The notes under the pieces: generated by a model
The model's input: only the letters and a program-made list of their open reading frames with translations
Told to the model about the DNA's origin: nothing
The model's database searches: none
In this document: in pieces, positions 9,090 to 16,925 of the stretch
How the letters are laid out: every line of letters starts with the position of its first letter
Numbering within the stretch: position 1 is the stretch's first letter
Program-made: the position numbers and the translations under genes
Source of the DNA: a virus
Taxonomy: Duplodnaviria; Caudoviricetes
IMG/VR virus record: IMGVR_UViG_3300021356_000138
Coordinates: 1-26,747 of that record
DNA: 26,747 nt
Strand: one strand, 5' to 3'

Positions 9090-9220
9090 TTAAGCTCTTG
9101 TTTAAATTGGTTATACGCTTCTTTTACGCTACTAGGTAGTTTATATTTACCTTTAGCTATTTGTACATTCTCGCTTTTGCTTTTAGAGTATTTTAATAAT
9201 TCGATTATGCTAGATATCAT
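9068..9220 (-). CDS. Small hypothetical protein, 50 aa (not in ORF track)
   Basis: MISSIIELLKYSKSKSENVQIAKGKYKLPSSVKEAYNQFKQELKWQSKKQ*. It is preceded by the late-promoter motif at the standard spacing and overlaps the tape measure start. Confidence 0.7.
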   Translation of the reverse strand: MISSIIELLKYSKSKSENVQIAKGKYKLPSSVKEAYNQFKQELKWQSKKQ

Positions 9221-9223
9221 ATA

Positions 9224-9250
9224 TATATAATAATATTATTCTATTTTTTT
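9224..9250 (-). promoter_or_regulatory. Putative phage late promoter
   Basis: TATTATATA at 9232-9224, 3 nt before ATG 9220; A7 tract at 9250-9244. Confidence 0.6.
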
Positions 9251-12200
9251 AACAACTTGCATAATTAGATACTACACCGCTGCTACTTATTTGCGCTCTA
9301 TAATTATTTTCAAATTTATACCAGTTTCCACCACCATTAAATTTATCAGTACTAGCTGATGTACCAGCTGAAACAGAATCAGTATAAATTACAGTACCAT
9401 TACTTATACTTGTACCGTCATAATAGACTATCGTAGATGGTGTAGTAGCACAAGCTGTTACTGCATCAACACTTCCTGAACTAGATATTTTTATACCACT
9501 CATACTTGCTGAACCTGTTATAGCTAATGCGCCTGTGTCATAATTCCAATAAATTATTTCAAGAACACCTGCAGCACTTACTTGACATATATAATCATCA
9601 TATCCGCTTGTAGTGATAGATGATGTTAAATCAGTCCAAGCTCCATTTATATAATTTTGTCTACGTGCAAAAAATAATTTTCCTTCAGGATATCTTCCAT
9701 ATTGAAAAGCGGTTGAACCTTGATCAGTTTTCCAAGTACCTGAACCTGTATAAGTGTTTGTAACATTTACATCTGAATACATAACCCTACCTGAACCCCA
9801 ATAAGCTGTAAAATACATAACATTTGTAGTGCTTAAACCTGCAGCTTCTACAGTTGTCATATCATAATAATTTGTTGATGGATATGCGCTAGTTATACGA
9901 ACTCTATACACTGTTTGTGTAGGACAAGATGTTTCTGTACCTAAAGTACCATTACCTCCTGATACCTGATATGAATAATTGTTTCTTGAATAATAACCGT
10001 CCGGTACTAATGTAGTTAATGATACATCCGTATATAAAACTATACCTGCACCAAAAGTACTTGATGTAGAATAATATGTTTGTGAACTACTACTAATACA
10101 AGCATAATACGCATCATTAGCATTATAGTACGTATTATTATAAGGATATGACTGTGCTGGAGTTGTTACAGTTTCATAAGCGCTAGATACTGTTGTTCCT
10201 GCGCTATTAGTAGCAGAACCCCAATAATAATAATTTGTACTTCCTGATAATCCAGTAAAGTTTAATGATTTAACTCCAGTTGATGTAGTAGATATACTAT
10301 AAAAAGTATTTCCTGATGCATTATAAGCAGTATTGTTTGTACCCATCCAAATACCTGCACTTGTTATACTTGAACCATTATCCGCTGTTATATTTATATT
10401 ACCTGTAAAACTTGTAGATGTTAAAGATGTTTCACTTTGTGTTACTACACTAGGCGCTGAAGGTGCAGGATCTGTTGTAAAGGTTGTATATGTAGATGAC
10501 ACACCTTTTGTAGTGCTATAAGTATTTGTAGCTGTTCCCCAATAATAATAAGTAGTATTAGCTAATATACCCTCTGCACTTCCAAAATCATATTGCTTAG
10601 TTCCTGTGCTAGTTGGTGCAGGTGTTATGTCATAATGTGGGTTATTTGTTGCTGCTGCGCTATTAGTTCCCATATAAAACCCTGCTCCATTTATTGTTGC
10701 TCCACCATCACTAGTTATTTCTAATTCTGCAGTAAAACTATCATAACCTAAATTATCTACAGGTTCTGATGTAACTGTTGGTGGAATTGGCGCTGATGGA
10801 GTTGTAAAACTTATAGTAGTTCCTATACCTTCTCCGTGTTGATTAATACCATATGCTGTAACATAATAAAGTGTATTTGCTGACACACCACTAGATATTG
10901 TTTTTTGATAAGATCCGCTACTTGTTGTTCCTTCTGCTACTTTTGTATTATTGCTGTAAGTTGCGTCTGTACCCCAATAAAAACCTTTTTCTGTTACAGT
11001 TCCATTAGTTACATCTAAACTACCATTCATTGTAAATGATTGATATGTAACATTTGTAGCTGTACTTGTAGTCATTGTAGGTGCTTGTGTAGGGCAAGGT
11101 TGATAATTAGATATATAACCATTAGTATCAATTGTTCCATAGTTACTACCTGGAAAAGCGTGATAGTTTCCTGATCCTGTATAATTAGTTGTTAACGCTG
11201 AATCTGTAAATAGCTGTGTTGTGTTTCCTAATAAACCTGTATAATGTACAGTTGTATTTAACGTATATCCACAAGCAGTGCTAGGTGTTGTGCTATTAGA
11301 TGAAGATATTAATATACTAACTGAACCAACCCCTGATGATACTACTGCTTCGCTACCATTTAATAATTCTAAACTAGATTCACCTGTTTGTAAGTTAGTT
11401 GTTATACTATTTATTCTATAAGTTAAATCACCTATCTGTAATTCGTCTGCTAAACTATATTCTTGTAAGAAACTTAAAGGTAACCTAGCTTTTATCTTTG
11501 TTAACCTTTCATTAAACCTAAATACATTTGTTATATATGATTTATAATATTTTTCAAATAAAGTGTCACTAAACGCATCGCTTCCGTTCCATTCGTTTAA
11601 TTCTTTGTTAAAATGTATAGATTCAGGATATCCAGAACTTGTATTTAATATTGCTGGCGTATTACTAGGGATCCAATATGTTTCTACACTAGCTTCAGTA
11701 TCAGAAGACCCATTATCATAACCATTTATCTCAGTTAGTAAATTTATATCAGTAGCACTTTCGCCTGTGTTAGAGCTGTGTATAGGATAATATATTACTG
11801 GTTTACCTAAATACGCTGCTTGTTTATCATCTAGTAAATGCCCAACCTGTAACCCTGTAGTTAACTTTTCGAATTTCATATGCTGAAAAGGCAACACTAT
11901 TTCATATTTTTCATTATTGCTATCTAATGTTCCATCATCATTATATAATGCAGAACCCCAATCTGACTGAAATTGCTCTTTGTGGTTTTTAGCTAATATG
12001 TTATTAGTATCTTCATATTTAAATTCTATTTCCCTATATGGTAGAGCTTTATCTACTGTTTTGCTTGTGCTATCTACATACTCTGTAATATCACGAACAG
12101 TTCCTCCTGTGTAATAACTATCTAGTGTTTTAACATATATTTTACCATCTTCTTTATAAGCTGTTAGATTAAACATTTTAAATAATCCTGATAAAAAGTC

Positions 12201-13514
12201 TATAATCTTTATATCTGGTATATTAGATTTTATTGCAAAACCTTCGGTAGGAATTGTAAAATTAGAATCTAAACCACTACTAGGTATAGTTGTAGTTTGA
12301 TATTGACCAAATGTTGCCGCAAATTCAATTGAAAAACTTGCGACTGTTTCTGTATTATCAGCTCTAAATACTAGTTCATATCTACCATTCCCTATACTAA
12401 AACTTCTTGTACCGCTTGTTTGTCCACTTGAGTAAGTAAAAGTAGTAATTATTGTATTGCTGTTTTTTTCTCTTAGATCTACATATTTATTTCCTGAAGA
12501 AGTTGAATAAGTTACATTAAATATAAATTGAAATCTTTCTGTTGACGTTAAATTATATACAGTAAATATTTTTGTACCTAAAAATAAATTGTTAGGGTGA
12601 TTATTAGTTGTAAGGTATGTTTTACCACTTTGTTGATTTGGTGTATACGAGCTTCCTAAACCTTCTAATATTTTACCAGCATTCCTTTGACAAAGCATAT
12701 ACAAATTATAAAAACCAGTATTAGTATCATTAAAGAAATCATCACTAAATATAATTTGTTTATTTCCGTCTTCATCTTTAGTTGAATCTGAATTTTCTAT
12801 AGCTTTAATTATTACATATAACCTAATACTATAAACTAAATCTTTCCAATAATAACCAGACATAGCTGTTGCTTGGTTTGGGTTAAGGTTACCACCTGAT
12901 ATATTTACTTCTTGTTTTGTTGTATCATAATATGCTGGTGTATTAGATGTAGAATAAAAACCTCTTTGTGAATTACCTATTAATGATACTAAAGTTGGCA
13001 CTGTATAATCTACACTATCTACAGTAACGGTACCAGAACCTGTTGTTTCTTCTAAAGCTGTTTTAACATTAGTTGCAGTATAAGTAACATCAAAGTTATC
13101 TAACCAATCTAAGTCTTGTAACTTTAAATCACCTAATACTTCTTTTAAATCTAAATCACCAAAAAAAGTTATTCTATATGTATCTGGTCTACCATTTTTT
13201 AAATCTACACCTTCTAATCTTATTTTACCTTTTTGAAATGGTAAACTATTTAATTCTATTTTAGCTTCTTTCTTTTTACGTGCATCAAAAGAATATTCTG
13301 ATGATTGTATAAAGTTTTCGTAATGCTTAAAAAATTTGTTATTTGTTTTACTAGCAGGTAAACTAAATGTTTTACTAAAGTTTGTAAATACCTTTCCAGG
13401 ATCTTTTACGTCTTGTATAGTTTGTGTTAAAGATATTGTTTCATCTTTAAATAAATCTAACCTAGTATAATTTACATCAGTAGGTTCTTTAACATATAAT
13501 TGAATATCATTCAT
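9249..13514 (-). CDS. Large tail tip/baseplate hub protein with fibronectin type III-like repeats and Cys-bracketed repeats
   Basis: The N-terminal LDLFKDETISLTQTIQDVKD..FTNFSKTFSLPAS..NN, FLSGLFKMFNL and YRINSITTNLQTGESSLELLN motifs define the core tail protein. The C-terminal ~700 aa is Thr/Ser-rich with three FN3-like units ([AS][NT]T.YYYW..ATN). Confidence 0.8.
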   Translation of the reverse strand: MNDIQLYVKEPTDVNYTRLDLFKDETISLTQTIQDVKDPGKVFTNFSKTFSLPASKTNNKFFKHYENFIQSSEYSFDARKKKEAKIELNSLPFQKGKIRLEGVDLKNGRPDTYRITFFGDLDLKEVLGDLKLQDLDWLDNFDVTYTATNVKTALEETTGSGTVTVDSVDYTVPTLVSLIGNSQRGFYSTSNTPAYYDTTKQEVNISGGNLNPNQATAMSGYYWKDLVYSIRLYVIIKAIENSDSTKDEDGNKQIIFSDDFFNDTNTGFYNLYMLCQRNAGKILEGLGSSYTPNQQSGKTYLTTNNHPNNLFLGTKIFTVYNLTSTERFQFIFNVTYSTSSGNKYVDLREKNSNTIITTFTYSSGQTSGTRSFSIGNGRYELVFRADNTETVASFSIEFAATFGQYQTTTIPSSGLDSNFTIPTEGFAIKSNIPDIKIIDFLSGLFKMFNLTAYKEDGKIYVKTLDSYYTGGTVRDITEYVDSTSKTVDKALPYREIEFKYEDTNNILAKNHKEQFQSDWGSALYNDDGTLDSNNEKYEIVLPFQHMKFEKLTTGLQVGHLLDDKQAAYLGKPVIYYPIHSSNTGESATDINLLTEINGYDNGSSDTEASVETYWIPSNTPAILNTSSGYPESIHFNKELNEWNGSDAFSDTLFEKYYKSYITNVFRFNERLTKIKARLPLSFLQEYSLADELQIGDLTYRINSITTNLQTGESSLELLNGSEAVVSSGVGSVSILISSSNSTTPSTACGYTLNTTVHYTGLLGNTTQLFTDSALTTNYTGSGNYHAFPGSNYGTIDTNGYISNYQPCPTQAPTMTTSTATNVTYQSFTMNGSLDVTNGTVTEKGFYWGTDATYSNNTKVAEGTTSSGSYQKTISSGVSANTLYYVTAYGINQHGEGIGTTISFTTPSAPIPPTVTSEPVDNLGYDSFTAELEITSDGGATINGAGFYMGTNSAAATNNPHYDITPAPTSTGTKQYDFGSAEGILANTTYYYWGTATNTYSTTKGVSSTYTTFTTDPAPSAPSVVTQSETSLTSTSFTGNINITADNGSSITSAGIWMGTNNTAYNASGNTFYSISTTSTGVKSLNFTGLSGSTNYYYWGSATNSAGTTVSSAYETVTTPAQSYPYNNTYYNANDAYYACISSSSQTYYSTSSTFGAGIVLYTDVSLTTLVPDGYYSRNNYSYQVSGGNGTLGTETSCPTQTVYRVRITSAYPSTNYYDMTTVEAAGLSTTNVMYFTAYWGSGRVMYSDVNVTNTYTGSGTWKTDQGSTAFQYGRYPEGKLFFARRQNYINGAWTDLTSSITTSGYDDYICQVSAAGVLEIIYWNYDTGALAITGSASMSGIKISSSGSVDAVTACATTPSTIVYYDGTSISNGTVIYTDSVSAGTSASTDKFNGGGNWYKFENNYRAQISSSGVVSNYASC

Positions 13515-14521
13515 TACCTAATATTACTTATCATATCAAAGGCATACTCTGCAGTAATTGTATATTGTACTACTTTATCGTTGACGCCTGTTTTAAATGT
13601 TTGTTGTGTATCGGTTATATTAATTGGTATAGTTTGTTCTGATCCACCTTCTTCTTTTCTTATCCATACTTGCTCACTTACTAATAATTGTTTTATAGCT
13701 TCGTTTACATTATCATAGCTCATAGGAGGTGTATTTAATATAAGTGTTTCATTAGCTAAAGTATTAAACTGTCTTATAGAATGTTTTTGTTTATCATACT
13801 CAAAGCTGCTGTTTGCTATGTTTCTTTTAAATGTAGTTTTACTTACATTAATATTTTCTGTTGTTCTACCATTAAAATAGAAGTCTTGTAATGCTCCATA
13901 TTTATTTACAAATGTTACTTTATACGCTGTGTGTTTATTACATACTCTATTTATTGTAAATGCAGTTGATATTGTAGTATGATTTGTAGCTGAAGCACTA
14001 AATGTATCATATACTATTGCAGTACCATCCCAATAAGGAATTACACCTGCTGTATTGTCTGGGTAATATAATTGAGTATTATCTTGTAAGACATCATTTG
14101 TTGCTACTGTTTTAGCGCTATTTTGCCCTGTACCTAACCCTTCCATAAATTCATAAAAACCATCTAAACCTGTGTGAGATATACTTACAGCATTACCTAC
14201 TTGTGTAGGTGCGCTACCTGTATTAATATCATCTATTGTTTCACTTTTAAATGTAAGTGTACCTGTTATTGCTATGCTTTGACTAGTATAAGAATTATTA
14301 AATGTTACATCTAAATAATCTCTACATAGATCTGCTATCTCAAATGCTACTGTCCCAGTTTCTTGACCACTAATTCCAGACAACACAGTATCTTTACTCA
14401 TTTCAGATATTTGTGTACCATCTACAGATAATGTTAATGTAGCACTTTTTGCTACGTTAGGACTTACATACGCCTGGCTATGTGTTTCGTAATACGGACT
14501 TCTTAATAATATTGCTGCCAT
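13514..14521 (-). CDS. Tail structural protein (distal tail/Dit-like)
   Basis: 335 aa; RSPYY, FEIADLCRDYL, FVNKYGALQDFYF and LLVSEQVW motifs; TAATG-coupled to the tail tip gene. Confidence 0.6.
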   Translation of the reverse strand: MAAILLRSPYYETHSQAYVSPNVAKSATLTLSVDGTQISEMSKDTVLSGISGQETGTVAFEIADLCRDYLDVTFNNSYTSQSIAITGTLTFKSETIDDINTGSAPTQVGNAVSISHTGLDGFYEFMEGLGTGQNSAKTVATNDVLQDNTQLYYPDNTAGVIPYWDGTAIVYDTFSASATNHTTISTAFTINRVCNKHTAYKVTFVNKYGALQDFYFNGRTTENINVSKTTFKRNIANSSFEYDKQKHSIRQFNTLANETLILNTPPMSYDNVNEAIKQLLVSEQVWIRKEEGGSEQTIPINITDTQQTFKTGVNDKVVQYTITAEYAFDMISNIR

Positions 14522-15096
14522 TATATTCTTTTAATTATATCTGCTTCTATCATCGCTTCAATCATTTCAATAATCATATCATCACTAAATATATCTTGTA
14601 GATCTTGCGGTAATTTTTTAAACTCATTAACAAATGGTATAGTAAAAAAATTGTTAGCTCTTATACCTTTTTCATAAATACTTCTAGCTAATACAAAACC
14701 TATTTGTTTATAGTTACCTTTAGTAAATTGTCCTTGTGCGTTTCTAAATCTTATGTTTCTAGCTTTTGCCCAATTCTCTAATGCTTCTGAATAAGGCATT
14801 TTAGTTTTAAAACTATAAGGTGTATTCTTATTAACTCTATAATTACTTTTAGTACCCTTTACACCTTTGTCAATATAATCACCATAGTCCTCCATAAATA
14901 AACCATATGCAATACCACTTTTCTTTTCAAATAGCTTTTTATACTGAATACTATTATAAAGTTTTTTAGTGTTGTTTATAGGTCGCTTTTTACGCTGTAG
15001 TTTAGTACCCTTGCTAAGATTCTGTCTAGCTTGTTTTTTAACAGCTTTAAAGAACTCCTCTAGTCTTGCATTAAATTTATCTGAAAATACTAACAT
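14521..15096 (-). CDS. Putative neck/tail-completion protein (HK97 gp10-like)
   Basis: Basic 191 aa protein with LYNSI, YGDYIDKGVKG and ARSIYEKGI...FFT motifs. Confidence 0.55.
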   Translation of the reverse strand: MLVFSDKFNARLEEFFKAVKKQARQNLSKGTKLQRKKRPINNTKKLYNSIQYKKLFEKKSGIAYGLFMEDYGDYIDKGVKGTKSNYRVNKNTPYSFKTKMPYSEALENWAKARNIRFRNAQGQFTKGNYKQIGFVLARSIYEKGIRANNFFTIPFVNEFKKLPQDLQDIFSDDMIIEMIEAMIEADIIKRI

Positions 15097-15563
15097 ATAT
15101 ACTGATCATTAGGTAATTCTATTTCTAAGTCTGCGTTCCATCCTGCTAAATTGTTTTCAAACCTATCTACAAATGGTTCACAAGTAGGATCGTTAGTTAA
15201 CTTATATCCTGTTGTATGCAGCTCTCCAAATCTTAATGTTTGTATTAATTTATTTAATACGCCTAACTGTGTGTTTAATATGTCTTGTTCGTCTGTGTTT
15301 TTTCTAAACTTATCTGTTTCTTCTTCTTTACTAGTATCTTTAATATCCATAACTAGTATAGTAATATTATATACAAGTGTTTGTTCTGTAGATACTACAT
15401 TGTTAACTATAAAATGTGCTAGTGGAAATATAGTTTGCTTACTTAAATCTACATCAGATACATCTCCTATTGTTACTGTTTTGGTTATATTGTTGTTTAG
15501 TAGTGAACTTTCTAGCGCTTCGCTAAGTAAATAATATGATCTAATGGCTACGTTTGCTGGCAT
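15090..15563 (-). CDS. Putative tail terminator protein
   Basis: Acidic 157 aa protein with VTIGD...FPLAH and EPFVDRFENNLAGW motifs, in tail module context. Confidence 0.55.
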   Translation of the reverse strand: MPANVAIRSYYLLSEALESSLLNNNITKTVTIGDVSDVDLSKQTIFPLAHFIVNNVVSTEQTLVYNITILVMDIKDTSKEEETDKFRKNTDEQDILNTQLGVLNKLIQTLRFGELHTTGYKLTNDPTCEPFVDRFENNLAGWNADLEIELPNDQYIC

Positions 15564-15810
15564 TTCTTTTTAATTCTGCTTGTTCTACTTCGTTTTTCTC
15601 TTTAATATATAATAATACATTTAGCGATTTTAATAATCTTTCTTTAGTGATATTTTCGAATTCTGTAACACGTCCCTGAGCGAGTTCATAAACTGCTGTG
15701 AACCACCCCCAGCGCTTTGAAAAATTTGCTGACCTTCCATAAGGCTCGTCATTTGATCCTCCGTTAAATAATCCATCATATTGCTCGACAACTCGATTCC
15801 TAAATTGTAA
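15541..15810 (-). CDS. -1 frame extension of the chaperone (frameshift product about 250 aa, 16292..15541)
   Basis: 89 open codons with no ATG, starting at the T9 run: LQFRNRVVEQYDGLFNGG...FSKRWGWFTAVYELAQG...LLYIKEKNEVEQAELKRNASKRSH*. Confidence 0.75.
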   Translation of the reverse strand, partial: LQFRNRVVEQYDGLFNGGSNDEPYGRSANFSKRWGWFTAVYELAQGRVTEFENITKERLLKSLNVLLYIKEKNEVEQAELKRNASKRSH

Positions 15811-16292
15811 AAAAAAACCACCGCACTAAAAACTACATCTAAAGGCATATCTTTCATTACATCGGTTTCTTTAGCATCATACTCTACAATATCATACTTG
15901 TCTTTATACTTTTGTTTTATTGGTCTATATAATACACACATAGCTTTGTGCATCTCATCCCAGTTCTGCATAAAGTTTTCTATATCTATATACTCACCTA
16001 ATGATATATCTTCTAGTATTGGTATAAAACCATATTCCTGGTTGTTTAGTGTAAATCTGTTTATTAGTTCTGGCTTTATCTCTAGTAGATCATTTAGTAT
16101 CTTAATTATCTCATTCATATCTGTAATCTTTATTTTGAATGTATCTTTAAGATCTATACCACAAAATATCTCTATCATCTTCTGTGCTACAAACGTACCA
16201 TCGCCATTATCTTTTTGTACCTTAATAAACTTTTGATATTGACCTAATGTCAGTTCATTTAATTCTGTTGGTACATTAATAGAAAGTTTCAT
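15630..16292 (-). CDS. Putative tail assembly chaperone (0-frame product, 220 aa)
   Basis: ELTLGQYQ, ISLGEYID and AMCVLYRP motifs; contains a T9 slippery run at VFF159-161. Confidence 0.65.
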   Translation of the reverse strand: MKLSINVPTELNELTLGQYQKFIKVQKDNGDGTFVAQKMIEIFCGIDLKDTFKIKITDMNEIIKILNDLLEIKPELINRFTLNNQEYGFIPILEDISLGEYIDIENFMQNWDEMHKAMCVLYRPIKQKYKDKYDIVEYDAKETDVMKDMPLDVVFSAVVFFYNLGIELSSNMMDYLTEDQMTSLMEGQQIFQSAGGGSQQFMNSLRDVLQNSKISLKKDY

Positions 16293-16295
16293 AAT

Positions 16296-16322
16296 AATAT
16301 AATAACAAATTTAAGTTTTTTT
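16296..16322 (-). promoter_or_regulatory. Putative phage late promoter
   Basis: TATTATATT at 16304-16296, 3 nt before ATG 16292; A7 tract at 16322-16316; lies directly after a terminator. Confidence 0.55.
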
Positions 16323-16325
16323 CAT

Positions 16326-16354
16326 AAAAAAAGGGAGCCATCTACAAACTCCCT
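16326..16354 (-). terminator. Intrinsic terminator closing the accessory cassette
   Basis: - strand AGGGAGTT-TGTAGAT-GGCTCCC-T7. Confidence 0.7.
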
Positions 16355-16393
16355 ATAACCAATTAATATGAAAAATACTCTGAAAAAGAAAAA

Positions 16394-16606
16394 TTATGTA
16401 GATGTAAGTTGTTCTTTTATTATTTTAAAATTTATGTTGTCTTTGTGTAACTCAAAGTGATCGTGTTTTATTGGATCTTTAAATGCGTCTTGTACAAATA
16501 AATCTTCTAGCTGTGATATATCTAGTGTTTTCAAGAAGTCTAAATCATAATGACCGAATACTTGGTTAAGTGCAATCATTGTATCTCTATATGATTTTGT
16601 CTCCAT
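16394..16606 (-). CDS. Hypothetical protein, 70 aa
   Basis: From the ORF track; TAATG-coupled to the upstream 31-aa ORF and followed by a terminator. Confidence 0.65.
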   Translation of the reverse strand: METKSYRDTMIALNQVFGHYDLDFLKTLDISQLEDLFVQDAFKDPIKHDHFELHKDNINFKIIKEQLTST

Positions 16607-16701
16607 TATAGATTCATTATAAAGTTCTCAAATAACAAGAATAATACTACAGCTATAAATATAACTGCTATATATGATATGTTTAATAATGTCTGTTTCA
16701 T
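16606..16701 (-). CDS. 31-aa single-TM membrane peptide (not in ORF track)
   Basis: MKQTLLNISYIAVIFIAVVLFLLFENFIMNL*; a promoter lies 4 nt upstream and the stop overlaps the next start. Confidence 0.7.
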   Translation of the reverse strand: MKQTLLNISYIAVIFIAVVLFLLFENFIMNL

Positions 16702-16705
16702 ACCA

Positions 16706-16736
16706 CTAAGTTAATAACTATATTTTAATTATCAAA
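16706..16736 (-). promoter_or_regulatory. Bacteroidota housekeeping-type promoter
   Basis: TTTG (16736-16733)-N19-TAACTTAG (16713-16706); one mismatch to the -7 consensus TAnnTTTG. Confidence 0.65.
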
Positions 16737-16760
16737 ATTATTTAATAACTTTTTTTTATT

Positions 16761-16768
16761 TATATTTG
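16761..16768 (+). promoter_or_regulatory. Bacteroidota -7 element
   Basis: TATATTTG is an exact TAnnTTTG, 4 nt before ATG 16773; no clear -33 TTTG. Confidence 0.5.
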
Positions 16769-16772
16769 GTTT

Positions 16773-16925
16773 ATGAAAATTACTAAAACAAGACTTACAA
16801 CTAACGAAGCTAGAGATTCATTCTTGCTATTATGGTTTGAAAGTAGTAGGTTAAAGTCTAAGATATTTACAAGTGAGCGTGAAGCACTAGATTATCAAAG
16901 TATGTTGATTAGTTCTAACGAATAG
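16773..16925 (+). CDS. 50-aa hypothetical protein, the only credible + strand gene (not in ORF track)
   Basis: MKITKTRLTTNEARDSFLLLWFESSRLKSKIFTSEREALDYQSMLISSNE*. It occupies otherwise non-coding space, has its own -7 element and overlaps the terL 3' end by 11 nt. Confidence 0.6.
   Translation: MKITKTRLTTNEARDSFLLLWFESSRLKSKIFTSEREALDYQSMLISSNE

Noticed and set aside
9249-11300. Diversity-generating retroelement target in the tail tip or fibre
   Set aside because: There is no reverse transcriptase in the window, and I saw no near-identical template/variable repeat pair differing at adenines; the repeats are similar only at the protein level.
15606-15631. Additional TATTATATA late-promoter copy
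   Set aside because: It lies within coding sequence, 42 nt from the next ATG, with only a 4-nt A tract; plausible by chance in AT-rich DNA.
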